Shown in pieces: positions 26,830 through 36,550 of a stretch of 61,933 bases of DNA. The notes below the pieces were generated by a model. The model did not search any database, was not told where the DNA came from, and saw only the letters and a list, made by a program, of their open reading frames with translations. Origin of the DNA: a virus (taxonomy: Duplodnaviria > Caudoviricetes); IMG/VR virus record IMGVR_UViG_3300027798_000045, positions 1 through 61,933 of that record; one strand, given 5' to 3'. The position numbers and the translations under genes were made by a program. How positions within the stretch are numbered: the first letter of the stretch is position 1; each line of letters begins with the position of its first letter.

Positions 26830-29618
26830 AATATCTGATTCCATTTCTTTTCTCGCTGCAATTGCTCGCGGCTGCGTCGTTGTCGGTCACGTACGACTCG
26901 GTGACCAAGACGGTAGCGCCCTCCAACCTGGTTCTTATCGCGCCGCTGACCGCCACCGTCCCAAGCACCGGCAACAGCGTTGCGAACAAAACCTATGTTG
27001 ACGCGCTCGGCCTTAATCAGGGATGGGTCAATGTCAAGAACGCGCCATACAATGCCGTTGGCAACGGAGCATCAGACGACACGACTGCGCTTCAATCAGC
27101 TTTAAACTCCGGGTTTAATGTCTTTCTTCCGTCGGGCGACTACAAAATCACAGCGAGTCTCACCAACTCAATGTATCGCAAAATTAACGGCCAGGGACGC
27201 AGCGTCTCAAGCATATCGGCGACCACGACCAACACAGCGTTGGTGTTTGAATCCGCAATCCCTAGCTCGGGAGACATCAACGCTTCGTTTGAGTTGAAAG
27301 ACCTTGCCATCTACGCAAAAAACGCGGTGGCAATTAATCAGGTCGGCATCACAAACTGGGACAGCCAGAGCGCAGTTGCTAACCTTCGATTCATTCATTG
27401 CACCTTTTCGGGAACGTATCAGACTCTTAACGACCCGCTGGCTGGTACGACGAACGTCCCTACCTTGGCTTTTTTGGTCAGCGAAGGCGTCGGAATCAAA
27501 GCTGCGAAGCTGTACGACTCACTAATTCAGAACTGCTTCATTTTTGGGTTTGGCATTGGAGTCTATTTGGATGCTTGTGACATCAACAACATCGACACTT
27601 GCAGACTGAACCAGAACGCGCGACACATCCACCTGACCAAACACGACGGCGTAGGTTCGCAGAACAAAATCAAGAACAACGACATCCTCATCAACTGGCG
27701 AGTCGGCGGAATCTACGAGGACCAGACGCGATGGAACACCATCGAGGACAACTATTTTGAGTCAAACTACGCGTCAAGCCAGTACTGGATAAACTACCAA
27801 GGCGAGGGAACGACTTTCCAAAACAACCGCATCGACGCGCCGGTCGGTACAATCCCAATCATATCCATCAACGCTGGTGGGCCGGGTGTGATACTCGCCG
27901 GAAACAGGGGCGGTTCTGATCGTACCATAGAAATTCTGCACGATTTTTGGAACGGAAACAGCGCCCAGCAAACACTTGTCCAGTTCGCTGACAATCTGTC
28001 CACATTCCCAGAGACGCTGTCGCCGCAATGTTCATACACAAAGCGCACCAGCTCTCGGGTCTGGGGGCCTTACAGCCCAAAACGTCTGCTTGGAAACGCA
28101 TCGACTAATTGGCCGTGGGGCACGACCTCCGGTGGCCTTCCCGGCATTAGCACGGTGACCAGTGGCAACCTCATCGTCCAAATGGCGACCGAGTCCACGG
28201 ACGACTCTCTGGAGGTTTCAATCACAGCAGAGGCTGCTGGCGGCTATGTGAACGTGAAATGGGGAGGGACGAGCGTGTGGCTTGCTGACTGGTCCACGAG
28301 CACAAACCTCCAGACCGTCACCCGTCAGATTGTCCGACCGTCTGGGGTGCTGCCTGATTCCGGTCTCGTCTTCGAGTTTGCCGCGAGCCAAGGCTACATC
28401 TGCGGGATCCAGCTGACCCCGAGTCCGCAAAACATCCAAGGCGCGACGCTCACCATCAGCACCAACACGGCGCTGAGTGGGACCGTCGCTGTGCAAGCGG
28501 CAGCTGCGGGTTCGGCTGCAACCCACTTCCCGGTTTTCACGGCGACACCGGCATCCGCAGCGACGACGGTCAAGATGCGTACCGCAGCGGAAGTCCGGTC
28601 CGACATCGGAGCTGGCACCGGTTCAGTCACCAGCGTGGCTGTCACTGTCCCGTCGCTTCTATCTATTACGGGGTCTCCTATCACAACTTCGGGCACGCTG
28701 GCGGTCAGTTATTCAGGTACGGCTCTCCCAGTTGCCAACGGTGGCACCGGACTGACGGCGCTCGGAAGCGGCGTGACAACGGGTTTGGCCGCTGCGACCA
28801 CCGGGACACTTGGGTTTGTCCGGTCGGATTCGCCTGACATCACAGGCAGTATGTCCGTGGACGGCGGCACTCTTAAAGTGGATGGTGTCAACAACCGGGT
28901 TGGGGTGAACAAAGCAATACCTGCTTACACTTTGGATGTCGGCGGGCGAATTTCATACAGCACTACAATCGGAGAAGGTGCTGACGTGACGCTGTCGTCT
29001 TCGGGGACAACGATTCAACACGCATTGTCGGCGACGTGGGTAGGCCAGAACTTCTACGCGGGCGGCACAAACGCCATCGCCTTGACCAAATCGGGCACCA
29101 CCATCTTGGGGCCGCTATCGACGCCAGCAGGTCAGACCAGCCCGACATACACCTCCACCGTCGCCATTGGCACCGCTCCGCTCACGGTCACAAGCACGAC
29201 CAAAGTGACTAACCTGAACTCGGACACGCTCGACGGTCTTGACTCGACCGCGTTCCAGCCGATAAACGCCACACTTACCGCCGTTGCGGCTGGCACGGCG
29301 CAGACTCTCGCATCTACTATCATCACCGTGACCGAGAACACCCAGACCGGAACGACCTACACCGTCCTGTCCACGGACAACGGCAAGGTAGTCACACTCA
29401 GCAACGCCGCGGCCATCACGGTGACGGTCCCGACGCTCTCGGCCGGGTTCTCCTGCACCTTCATCCAGAAGGGCGCGGGCCAAGTGACGTTCACGGCGTC
29501 CGGCACCACCGTCAGCAACGCGCACAGCCAGACGAAGACCTTCGGCCAGTACGCAACGGTTACGCTCTACGGCCTGTCCTCAACCACGTTCGTCCTAGCC
29601 GGCGACACTGGCACCTGA
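26826..29618 (+). CDS. Tailspike/fibre with pectate-lyase-like beta-helix
   Basis: VNVKNAPYNAVGNGASDDTTALQSALN...VFLPSGDY (pectate_lyase_3-like start), Asn-rich beta-helix repeats, LPVANGGTG, C-terminal fibre module. Confidence 0.8.
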   Translation: MKYLIPFLFSLQLLAAASLSVTYDSVTKTVAPSNLVLIAPLTATVPSTGNSVANKTYVDALGLNQGWVNVKNAPYNAVGNGASDDTTALQSALNSGFNVFLPSGDYKITASLTNSMYRKINGQGRSVSSISATTTNTALVFESAIPSSGDINASFELKDLAIYAKNAVAINQVGITNWDSQSAVANLRFIHCTFSGTYQTLNDPLAGTTNVPTLAFLVSEGVGIKAAKLYDSLIQNCFIFGFGIGVYLDACDINNIDTCRLNQNARHIHLTKHDGVGSQNKIKNNDILINWRVGGIYEDQTRWNTIEDNYFESNYASSQYWINYQGEGTTFQNNRIDAPVGTIPIISINAGGPGVILAGNRGGSDRTIEILHDFWNGNSAQQTLVQFADNLSTFPETLSPQCSYTKRTSSRVWGPYSPKRLLGNASTNWPWGTTSGGLPGISTVTSGNLIVQMATESTDDSLEVSITAEAAGGYVNVKWGGTSVWLADWSTSTNLQTVTRQIVRPSGVLPDSGLVFEFAASQGYICGIQLTPSPQNIQGATLTISTNTALSGTVAVQAAAAGSAATHFPVFTATPASAATTVKMRTAAEVRSDIGAGTGSVTSVAVTVPSLLSITGSPITTSGTLAVSYSGTALPVANGGTGLTALGSGVTTGLAAATTGTLGFVRSDSPDITGSMSVDGGTLKVDGVNNRVGVNKAIPAYTLDVGGRISYSTTIGEGADVTLSSSGTTIQHALSATWVGQNFYAGGTNAIALTKSGTTILGPLSTPAGQTSPTYTSTVAIGTAPLTVTSTTKVTNLNSDTLDGLDSTAFQPINATLTAVAAGTAQTLASTIITVTENTQTGTTYTVLSTDNGKVVTLSNAAAITVTVPTLSAGFSCTFIQKGAGQVTFTASGTTVSNAHSQTKTFGQYATVTLYGLSSTTFVLAGDTGT

Positions 29619-30370
29619 TGAAAACCAAGTTGGCGATACTCTTGGCGCTGTGCCTTCCGGCCTGCGCGCAGTTCAGGTTCTTTCACGCGCTGGCGACGTG
29701 GAAGGGCTCCGCGGACACGAACTCTCCGCAACTTTACCTGCCGCTTGCCGAGGCCAGTGGTAACGCCATCGCCACGACCGGCCCAAACTTCACGCAGTCC
29801 GGGACTGTCGGCGCGCTGTCTCCAGGTCGCGGAACCTACACGACCAACAACTATTTCAGCCACTCGGACAGCTTCGCCCAGAACATGGGGTCAAACAGTT
29901 TCACAGTCACGGCGTGGGTGAAGTCCTCCTACTACTACACGAACCTCGGCTCCGTAATCATTGAATCCGGAAGCTCAACCAACTGGCACTTTAAGCTTCT
30001 TGGCCCGTACAATGACGGCGTGGACAACTTTGATGTGATTTTGGACATGAGGGACTCCACCAACGGCACGAAGTCAATCGGGCTGGGTGCGTTTGCGACC
30101 AACGTGAACTCATGGAACTTCATCGTTGGGCAATTTAATCAGCCGGCCAACGCGCTATCGGTGTCGGTGAACGCATCAACGTCCGCCACCAATTCATCAT
30201 CGGCGACCGCAATGGGCTCTCCTTCATCCCAGACATTCAAAGTGGGCGCTCCAGTTTCTGACATCGTGGCGTCACCGTTCACTGGGTACATCCAGCACCT
30301 TCGAGTTTACACGCGGCTTCTTTCTGGAACTGAACTCACCAATCTTTACAACGGCGGAACTCCGAACTAA
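29618..30370 (+). CDS. LamG/concanavalin-like lectin-fold virion protein
   Basis: FTVTAWVK, WNFIVG, FTGYIQHLRVYTRLLSGTELTNLYN. Confidence 0.8.
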   Translation: MKTKLAILLALCLPACAQFRFFHALATWKGSADTNSPQLYLPLAEASGNAIATTGPNFTQSGTVGALSPGRGTYTTNNYFSHSDSFAQNMGSNSFTVTAWVKSSYYYTNLGSVIIESGSSTNWHFKLLGPYNDGVDNFDVILDMRDSTNGTKSIGLGAFATNVNSWNFIVGQFNQPANALSVSVNASTSATNSSSATAMGSPSSQTFKVGAPVSDIVASPFTGYIQHLRVYTRLLSGTELTNLYNGGTPN

Positions 30371-30374
30371 TACC

Positions 30375-30623
30375 ATGGACCACTCCGACCCCATTGTCAC
30401 TGAGACCACCAACCGGTCCGGAGCTTTCCTTGCGGACACGCTCAAAGCCGCGCTGCCGGTAGGCGGTGGCAGCGCGTTGGCCACACTGCACAGCGCCGAC
30501 GTGGTGGTCACCTTCGCGACCCACGTCATCGGCCTATGCGCCGCGGCCGTCGGGCTCGCGTGGTACGTCGTCCGACTGCGAAAAGACCTTCGGACCCGCA
30601 GCAAGCCATCCACCAAAAACTGA
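30375..30623 (+). CDS. Holin-like membrane protein
   Basis: Hydrophobic segment followed by a basic C-terminus. Confidence 0.5.
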   Translation: MDHSDPIVTETTNRSGAFLADTLKAALPVGGGSALATLHSADVVVTFATHVIGLCAAAVGLAWYVVRLRKDLRTRSKPSTKN

Positions 30624-30625
30624 CC

Positions 30626-30805
30626 ATGAACGAAACCTATCAATCCATCCTCCGCTCGTTCCTCAAAGTCGGGGCCGGCGTGCTCGTCACCAAGGGCATC
30701 ACCGACTCCGCTGGAGCCGAGACCATCGTCGGCTCGCTTATCGGACTCGTCTCCGTGGTTTGGGGCATCATCGCCGCGCGTACCGCAGCGGCGAACAAAT
30801 CGTGA
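30626..30805 (+). CDS. Holin (two TM helices)
   Basis: SILRSFLKVGAGVLVTKG...IVGSLIGLVSVVWGII. Confidence 0.7.
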   Translation: MNETYQSILRSFLKVGAGVLVTKGITDSAGAETIVGSLIGLVSVVWGIIAARTAAANKS

Positions 30806-31053
30806 CCACCATCATCGGCGCGCTGCTGGCGCTCCTGGCGGCTCTGGCCCCTGCGCTCGCGCGCTGGATCAAGAGCCGCCAGGACCGAGCCGCCGATCCC
30901 GAGACCGCCCGACAACGGCGTATCGACCTAGCCACCCATGACATCGCAACGACACCGCCAGGACTGGCTCCTGCTGCTAGCGCCAACGGCCTTGATGATC
31001 TTGATGCTTTGGAGCGGTTGCGCTCGCAAGCAGATCGTCATCGTCCAGAGTGA
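30802..31053 (+). CDS. i-spanin (Rz-like)
   Basis: GTG start, N-terminal TM helix, overlaps the lipoprotein ORF. Confidence 0.55.
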   Translation: MTTIIGALLALLAALAPALARWIKSRQDRAADPETARQRRIDLATHDIATTPPGLAPAASANGLDDLDALERLRSQADRHRPE

Positions 31054-31180
31054 CGACGCAGTGGTGAGGCTCAAGGTCGGCACCGCCTACACGCCGCCGA
31101 GGGATGGCTGGTACATGACCGACAGCCTCTACATGAGGTATCGCCGCGCGGTCGCGGACAAGATTGCGGAGAACAAATAA
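30938..31180 (+). CDS. o-spanin (Rz1-like lipoprotein)
   Basis: Hydrophobic stretch ending in lipobox-like LWSGC; overlaps the Rz-like gene in another frame. Confidence 0.6.
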   Translation: MTSQRHRQDWLLLLAPTALMILMLWSGCARKQIVIVQSDDAVVRLKVGTAYTPPRDGWYMTDSLYMRYRRAVADKIAENK

Positions 31181-31181
31181 A

Positions 31182-31205
31182 AACGGCGTCCTTCGGGACG
31201 CCGTT
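31182..31205. terminator. Bidirectional terminator between convergent operons
   Basis: AACGGCGTCC-TTCG-GGACGCCGTT with A-tract on the left and T-rich sequence on the right. Confidence 0.75.
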
Positions 31206-31226
31206 CTCGTTTCTGGACCGACCGGA

Positions 31227-32450
31227 TCAGACGTACGCTGGCGCGTTGTCGATGGCGCGCTCCCAATCGCTCACGTCGGAGTCGGCCTTGCCGGGAGCCG
31301 GAGGAGTAGTCTTGCCTTCGCCCGGAACGCTTCCCTCGAACTCGGCCAGCTTCTTCTTGAGGGTCTCGATTTCATCGACCGCCTTGTTCAGCCGAAGGCG
31401 AGTGAACCCGAACGCTTCCGCGCGGGCCACCATACGAGCCTGCGCCTTGACCATCAGCTCGGAACGCTGCCGCGCGTCGGTGCCCTCCGGGATTCCCTTG
31501 CCGCGCACCGCCATTTCAGTGAGCGCGCGGTTCTTGCGGACAAGGTCGGCCTCCTCGTCGTTCTTCGGGTCGTGGCCGAACAACTCTGGGTAGTTGGTCG
31601 GGAACGAGTCGCGCTCCGAGTTGAACAGAGACTGGAGCGATCCGTTGAACTCCTCGGCCTCGCGCTGGCTCTGAGCCGTCAGCTCCTCGCCCTTGGTCTT
31701 CCAGTGTTCGATGGCGGCGTCTTTCTCCTTCCCGAGCGCCAAGATGGTGGAACGGTGGCGCATCACCTCGGACGATGCCGGACCGAACCACTTCGCGGCG
31801 GTCCTGGCGGCTTCGATTGGCGGCATCCGCATAAGGGCCTGGATATGGCCGTAGTTGGCCTCGGATTCCGTGCCGTCGTCGTTGATGATCGTGGCCCCAT
31901 TTAGGTCTTCGATGGCGGCCCGCCACGCATCCTTGATTGGCTTCTCGTGTTTGGCTTGAAACTCGGGCGACTTCGAGTAGTCGAGGAACCGGATTCTCGA
32001 ATCCAGCTCGGTCTTCTCCTTCACGACTACTTCCAGCTCGGCCCGGACGCGAGCCTCGGCGTCTTTCTCGCCGGCCTTGCGGGCTTCCGCAGCTTCCGTG
32101 CGGAGCTTGGCGAGGTCCGCGGCCAGCGTGTCTCGCTCCTTCTTGGTGGTCTCGTAAACGGTTCGGAACTCCTTGAGCGATGAAGGCTCGGCCGCGGGCT
32201 TTGGAGGCTCTGGCGAGGCTGTGGCGGCCGGCGTTGCAGCCTGCTTGGGTTTGCCTCGGAGAGCTTCGAGGTCTTCGTCCCCGACGTTCACCGGTGCGGG
32301 CGTGGCAACGGGGGCGACGGTGGCCGGTGCAGGCTCAGAGGCAGGCGCTGGCGCTACTGCGACTACGGGTGCCGCTTGCTGCGGCGAGTCTTGCGGCATA
32401 TCGGACGGCATTGCGTCGATAGCGGCTTCAAAATCAGTGGTTGGGTCCAT
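31227..32450 (-). CDS. Scaffolding protein
   Basis: Pro/Ala-rich acidic N-terminus, coiled coils; downstream of the portal. Confidence 0.65.
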   Translation of the reverse strand: MDPTTDFEAAIDAMPSDMPQDSPQQAAPVVAVAPAPASEPAPATVAPVATPAPVNVGDEDLEALRGKPKQAATPAATASPEPPKPAAEPSSLKEFRTVYETTKKERDTLAADLAKLRTEAAEARKAGEKDAEARVRAELEVVVKEKTELDSRIRFLDYSKSPEFQAKHEKPIKDAWRAAIEDLNGATIINDDGTESEANYGHIQALMRMPPIEAARTAAKWFGPASSEVMRHRSTILALGKEKDAAIEHWKTKGEELTAQSQREAEEFNGSLQSLFNSERDSFPTNYPELFGHDPKNDEEADLVRKNRALTEMAVRGKGIPEGTDARQRSELMVKAQARMVARAEAFGFTRLRLNKAVDEIETLKKKLAEFEGSVPGEGKTTPPAPGKADSDVSDWERAIDNAPAYV

Positions 32451-32456
32451 GTTTCG

Positions 32457-32735
32457 TTAGTTTAGCTCGGGTTCAAGTTCTCCCGATGTGGTGCGTTTTT
32501 GAGGTTTAGGAACAGTCGAGAGATTTAGGAAGGTTTCGATGAAATCCTTCGCGCCTTGACGGCGGCAGTTGGAATTCCAGCCGTGCGCCGGGTTGTCGGA
32601 GCCGGGAAGCCCGAACGAGTAGGCCGCGAAGGCGTCGAGCAGGAACTCACGGAACTCCGCGTTGTCAACGAGGGCGCGGTGTCGTTCGGCTCGTTCTTTT
32701 TTGGACAGGAACTGTGATTTGGGGTCTAGGTTCAT
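32457..32735 (-). CDS. Small portal-adjacent protein
   Basis: Typical small gene between portal and scaffold; RRQGAKDFIETF. Confidence 0.6.
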   Translation of the reverse strand: MNLDPKSQFLSKKERAERHRALVDNAEFREFLLDAFAAYSFGLPGSDNPAHGWNSNCRRQGAKDFIETFLNLSTVPKPQKRTTSGELEPELN

Positions 32736-35020
32736 TGGGGTGTTTCAGTTTTCGCCATCGCTTGATTTTCCGACTCCGCTTGCGCTCTTGCGTTTCCGCG
32801 GATGATTTCCGCCGAAGTCTTGGCGTCGCCCGTAGCGACGTTTGCCATCGTTTGGACGGCCTTGTTCTGCTGGTTCTGGATGAACTGCTGCTGCTTGTTC
32901 TCCATCTTCTGCTGCGCGTCGGCCTTCTTGATTTCCGACTTGGCCTGCGCCTCAATCAGCATCGCCTGAACCTTTGCTTGGACCTCGGGGCTCATGCCTT
33001 GCCCTTGTGCGCCCTGCTCCTGCGCTGCCTGCTGCTGCGTCTGGATCTGCTTGATGTACGCCTGCACGAAGTTGGCGGCCTGGCCGAGGGCGTCGGACAT
33101 CTGCTTGACCATCTCCACATTCGCCTCGTCTTGGGCCAGCAACGCGATGCGCTGCTCGATTGTGGAGATGACGTTTGCGAGGCCCTGGACGAGCGGCACG
33201 GTCGGGGCGCTGTTCCCGCTGTTAATCTTCTGCAAATCCGAGTCGAGCATCTCCAGCCAGACCTGGACCAGCTCGGCGTTGTTGACCCCTTCCGTAAGTA
33301 CGACGGGCTGGCCGGCGATGAGTGTCCCCCACGCGAGGGTGGCGGTCTGCATCGTCTTGGACGACTGCTGCACGTCGAGCGGGATGAGCCGGTCGGCGAG
33401 GAGAGGGTCGTCCGTGTTCGCCTCGACGTACATGTGCAGGATGCGCTGCTGCGCTGCTGCTGGCATCGCGGCCCGCACAGCCATCAGGCGGTCGGACTGA
33501 GCAATCGAGAGCATCTTGTTGCCGTTACCCATGGCGCGCTCGGGCTCGATGACCCAGCAATCCACGTCGAAGACCGACTTATCCACGCCGTCGGCCATGC
33601 AGGCGTCCCGGAACGCCTTGCAATCGGGGTGATCGAGCGTGCAGAAGCGCCGGCCAAGCTCCCGGTACTGCGGGATGGCGTAGGCGTAGGCCCGGTTCAG
33701 CATCGACCCGACGAGCGCGTTGGTCGAAGTGACCTTCGCCATGATTTCCGTCGCGGTCTGCTCCTTGTTGGTGCCGTTGTCCACGTCGTTGACGTAGGAT
33801 GCAGACGACTCAGCCATCATCTGCCGGTTCATCGACATCGCGGACCCGACGAGAGCCTCGTTGATGGTGTGCCGCTCGTTCGGCTGCACGATGGCGAGCC
33901 CTTCCGGGATTATGCCAAGGTGTTTCAGCTCGACCTTGTTCAGCCGCTCCTCGTCGCCGGTCGCCACGTCGCGGAAGTACCACAGCATCGACTCGAAGAC
34001 GCTGTCTTGGAATTTGCAGCGGATGCGGTTCTGGAGGTGGCAGACCGAGTACAGCAGGTAGCCAAGGGACCGGACCGTGTGCCACCGGAACGGAGGAACG
34101 ACTGCTCCGTCGGCAAATTGGACGTGCAGGATTTCCGAGAGATTGGACCCGTACTCAGCGCGGCCTTCGTAGAGGAACTGTGCCTTCTGGTTGGAATCGA
34201 TTGCGCCATACGTCGCCGTCTGCGGGTCGAGAATGAGCTTCCGGGACCACTTCTTCGCCTCTTCGTCGAGGTAGTAGAAGTCGAAGACCTGAACGGTAGG
34301 CGCGGCGTCAGAGCCCCAGAATCCGGAGTTTTCCTTGAAGTCCTCTGCAAGCCGTTCGAGGTCGTACTGCGAGTAATCCTGTTTCTGCTGCTGGCCGGTC
34401 ATCTGTCGGAGCTGCTTGAGGACAGCTTGGACAAGAGGCTTGTTCCACCCGGCGTCCACGTTCTTGCCGGAGGTCATGCGGACGAGGTCCGCAGCGGTGT
34501 AGTTGTTTCGCGTGGCAAAGTAGTTCAGGTTCTCAAGGCTCTTGAGCGTTCGAGACGGGACCAGCATGTCATCCAAGCCGCGGGCGGATGGGCACCAATC
34601 CTTCTTGCGCCCCCACGTCACCGGCCCGACGCCGTGCAGCACGGAGCTGGCGAACTGCGAGTCCAGAACTTCCGTGAAGCGCATGTCGCGTTTCAGGCGC
34701 TTGTTGATCTGCTTGGTGATGATTGCACCCCACTCGTCACGCTTGAACACAGGGCCTTTATCGAGGCCGACCGTGAAGAAGTTGGACGGCTTCATAAAAG
34801 CGTCCGTGAACTGGCTGCGCGCTTGGTGGATGATGCGCGTGCCTTCGAGGAAGTTGACGTTCGTCTCGATGCGGTTGTCGCGCGCCTCGGCATCGGTGTA
34901 CGGCGCGTTGCCGTTGAACAGGTCCGCGATGCGGGCGCGGTTCCGGGAGCGCGGCAGCCCGACGGTCTGCATCTCCTGGATCATCGTGGAGATGAACGCG
35001 GCGTCTTTGAATGTGCTCAC
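32732..35020 (-). CDS. Portal protein
   Basis: ~762 aa; EQTATEIMA motif; Gln-rich coiled-coil C-terminus of P22-type portals; GTG 35020 coupled to the upstream stop. Confidence 0.8.
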   Translation of the reverse strand: MSTFKDAAFISTMIQEMQTVGLPRSRNRARIADLFNGNAPYTDAEARDNRIETNVNFLEGTRIIHQARSQFTDAFMKPSNFFTVGLDKGPVFKRDEWGAIITKQINKRLKRDMRFTEVLDSQFASSVLHGVGPVTWGRKKDWCPSARGLDDMLVPSRTLKSLENLNYFATRNNYTAADLVRMTSGKNVDAGWNKPLVQAVLKQLRQMTGQQQKQDYSQYDLERLAEDFKENSGFWGSDAAPTVQVFDFYYLDEEAKKWSRKLILDPQTATYGAIDSNQKAQFLYEGRAEYGSNLSEILHVQFADGAVVPPFRWHTVRSLGYLLYSVCHLQNRIRCKFQDSVFESMLWYFRDVATGDEERLNKVELKHLGIIPEGLAIVQPNERHTINEALVGSAMSMNRQMMAESSASYVNDVDNGTNKEQTATEIMAKVTSTNALVGSMLNRAYAYAIPQYRELGRRFCTLDHPDCKAFRDACMADGVDKSVFDVDCWVIEPERAMGNGNKMLSIAQSDRLMAVRAAMPAAAQQRILHMYVEANTDDPLLADRLIPLDVQQSSKTMQTATLAWGTLIAGQPVVLTEGVNNAELVQVWLEMLDSDLQKINSGNSAPTVPLVQGLANVISTIEQRIALLAQDEANVEMVKQMSDALGQAANFVQAYIKQIQTQQQAAQEQGAQGQGMSPEVQAKVQAMLIEAQAKSEIKKADAQQKMENKQQQFIQNQQNKAVQTMANVATGDAKTSAEIIRGNARAQAESENQAMAKTETPQ

Positions 35021-35775
35021 GGTGCGTATCCTCGCTCTTTCAGCCACTGGATTGCAACTGCGGGATGCGGCCCGTTGTAGATTCCGAACGGCCGGTCGAA
35101 CTCGATGGTGTCCGCCCACGGCTTACCGGAAGCCTCGGCGTCCACAAGACGCTGGTCGTAGCTACCGACGAGGACCGGCTGGAGGAACTTGGACTTGCGG
35201 TAGAATGCCTCCTGTTTCCGGATGAATCCGTAGTGGAAAATGGACATCCCGGTCTTGATGGCGCGAATCCTGATTTCCGGTTCACCTTCCGGTCGCGGCT
35301 CGTCGGATGGCATCCAGAGCGAGGTTGGGCCGGCGCGCACAACAGCCTCTCCGCAGACGTGGCCCGCGGGGGCGAGGCGCTTCGTGTCACCCCAGAAGTT
35401 CAACCGGTCGAACCAGACGCAATCCTTGGATTTGGCGTGCTCCTTGAGCTGCTGAACGTGCCACTCCGGAAGAACCTCGTCGGCGTCGAGCGCGAGCTGG
35501 TACGGGAACTGGCAATGCCGACGCACGTTGTTCAACCATGCGATGAGTCGTTCAGGATTGCGCTCCTCGGGTCCTACGCGCTCGTAGTGGACGATTCGCA
35601 CCGGGCAGGTGTTGCCGCCAACGGCAATCGCCTCAACGCGCTCCAGTGTCCCGTCGTCGGATTTCGCGACGCCCACGACGACCTCATCGCACGCGGCCCG
35701 CATCGACAGGATGCACTCCTCGAAGCAGTAGTCGTTCACGACCCCGTCCTGAACGTATGTGTAGCCTGAAATCAT
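35017..35775 (-). CDS. GT-A fold (GT2-like) glycosyltransferase
   Basis: DEVVV...SDDGT, LDADEVL, FHYG. Confidence 0.8.
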   Translation of the reverse strand: MISGYTYVQDGVVNDYCFEECILSMRAACDEVVVGVAKSDDGTLERVEAIAVGGNTCPVRIVHYERVGPEERNPERLIAWLNNVRRHCQFPYQLALDADEVLPEWHVQQLKEHAKSKDCVWFDRLNFWGDTKRLAPAGHVCGEAVVRAGPTSLWMPSDEPRPEGEPEIRIRAIKTGMSIFHYGFIRKQEAFYRKSKFLQPVLVGSYDQRLVDAEASGKPWADTIEFDRPFGIYNGPHPAVAIQWLKERGYAP

Positions 35776-36020
35776 TGGTGTAAATCGTAGTTTCTTTGGA
35801 ATGTCACGTCGTCAATGACTGTCACAAGGCCGGGCTTGATTTTCAACAGCCAGTCTCCGAGGCGGGCCGTGACGTACCCGCGGGCTACGCGCACGTTCAG
35901 AACGCGGTCATTCAGCGTGATGTCCGTTCCAGCCCACGACATCAGCTCGTTCGCCTGCTCCGCGTTGTTGACAGTGAACTGTCGAACCTCGAATTCCGCG
36001 GGTTTAAGGTGGGCTTTCAA
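35772..36020 (-). CDS. Small conserved phage protein
   Basis: TTG start with GGAGG; KPAEFEVRQF...GDWLL...FQRNY. Confidence 0.55.
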   Translation of the reverse strand: MKAHLKPAEFEVRQFTVNNAEQANELMSWAGTDITLNDRVLNVRVARGYVTARLGDWLLKIKPGLVTVIDDVTFQRNYDLHQ

Positions 36021-36550
36021 AGCTTCCTCCCCACGAACATCACGGTGTAGTCCCCGTCGAACAGGTTCGTCAGTGTGTCGATCACGGGCTCTACGATTCC
36101 GAGACGCCGGAAGTACTCCGACAGCTCGCCGGCCCGCGACTCGTGGGTGTGCGCGCAATTTGGCGGCTGGCCGCGGTCCAGAGCAGCCTTCCAAAGCGCC
36201 TTGTCGGGCACGAGGATGACGATGTAACCGCCCGGCTTCACGACGCGCGCCCACTCGGTGAGAACCGGGTCCCAATCGAAGAAATCCTCCAGCAAATGCG
36301 ACGAGTAGAGGAAGTCGAGCGTCCCGTCCCTGAACGGCAGGTTCTTTGCGTCGCCGCCATAGTGGATTGCGTGCCTCGGGTCGTGTTCGCTGTGGTACGT
36401 CGCGAACTCGCCGCGCGGGAGGTCCATCGAAATCGCCCACGGGACGACAGGGTCGCCTCCGGACCCGATGTCCACGCCGTTGCCGTTGCAGTATGGGACC
36501 GTGAGGTCGCGATACTTGGCCGTCTCTGAGTTTTCGTGTCCTTTGCTCAT
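36017..36550 (-). CDS. Class I SAM-dependent methyltransferase (small-molecule/glycan type)
   Basis: VDIGSGG, LPFRDGTLDFLYSSHLLE, EWARVVKPGG. Confidence 0.85.
   Translation of the reverse strand: MSKGHENSETAKYRDLTVPYCNGNGVDIGSGGDPVVPWAISMDLPRGEFATYHSEHDPRHAIHYGGDAKNLPFRDGTLDFLYSSHLLEDFFDWDPVLTEWARVVKPGGYIVILVPDKALWKAALDRGQPPNCAHTHESRAGELSEYFRRLGIVEPVIDTLTNLFDGDYTVMFVGRKL

Noticed and set aside
32714-35080. 788-aa antisense ORF over the portal
   Set aside because: Mirror-frame shadow of a high-GC gene; R/L/V/H-rich with no domain signal.
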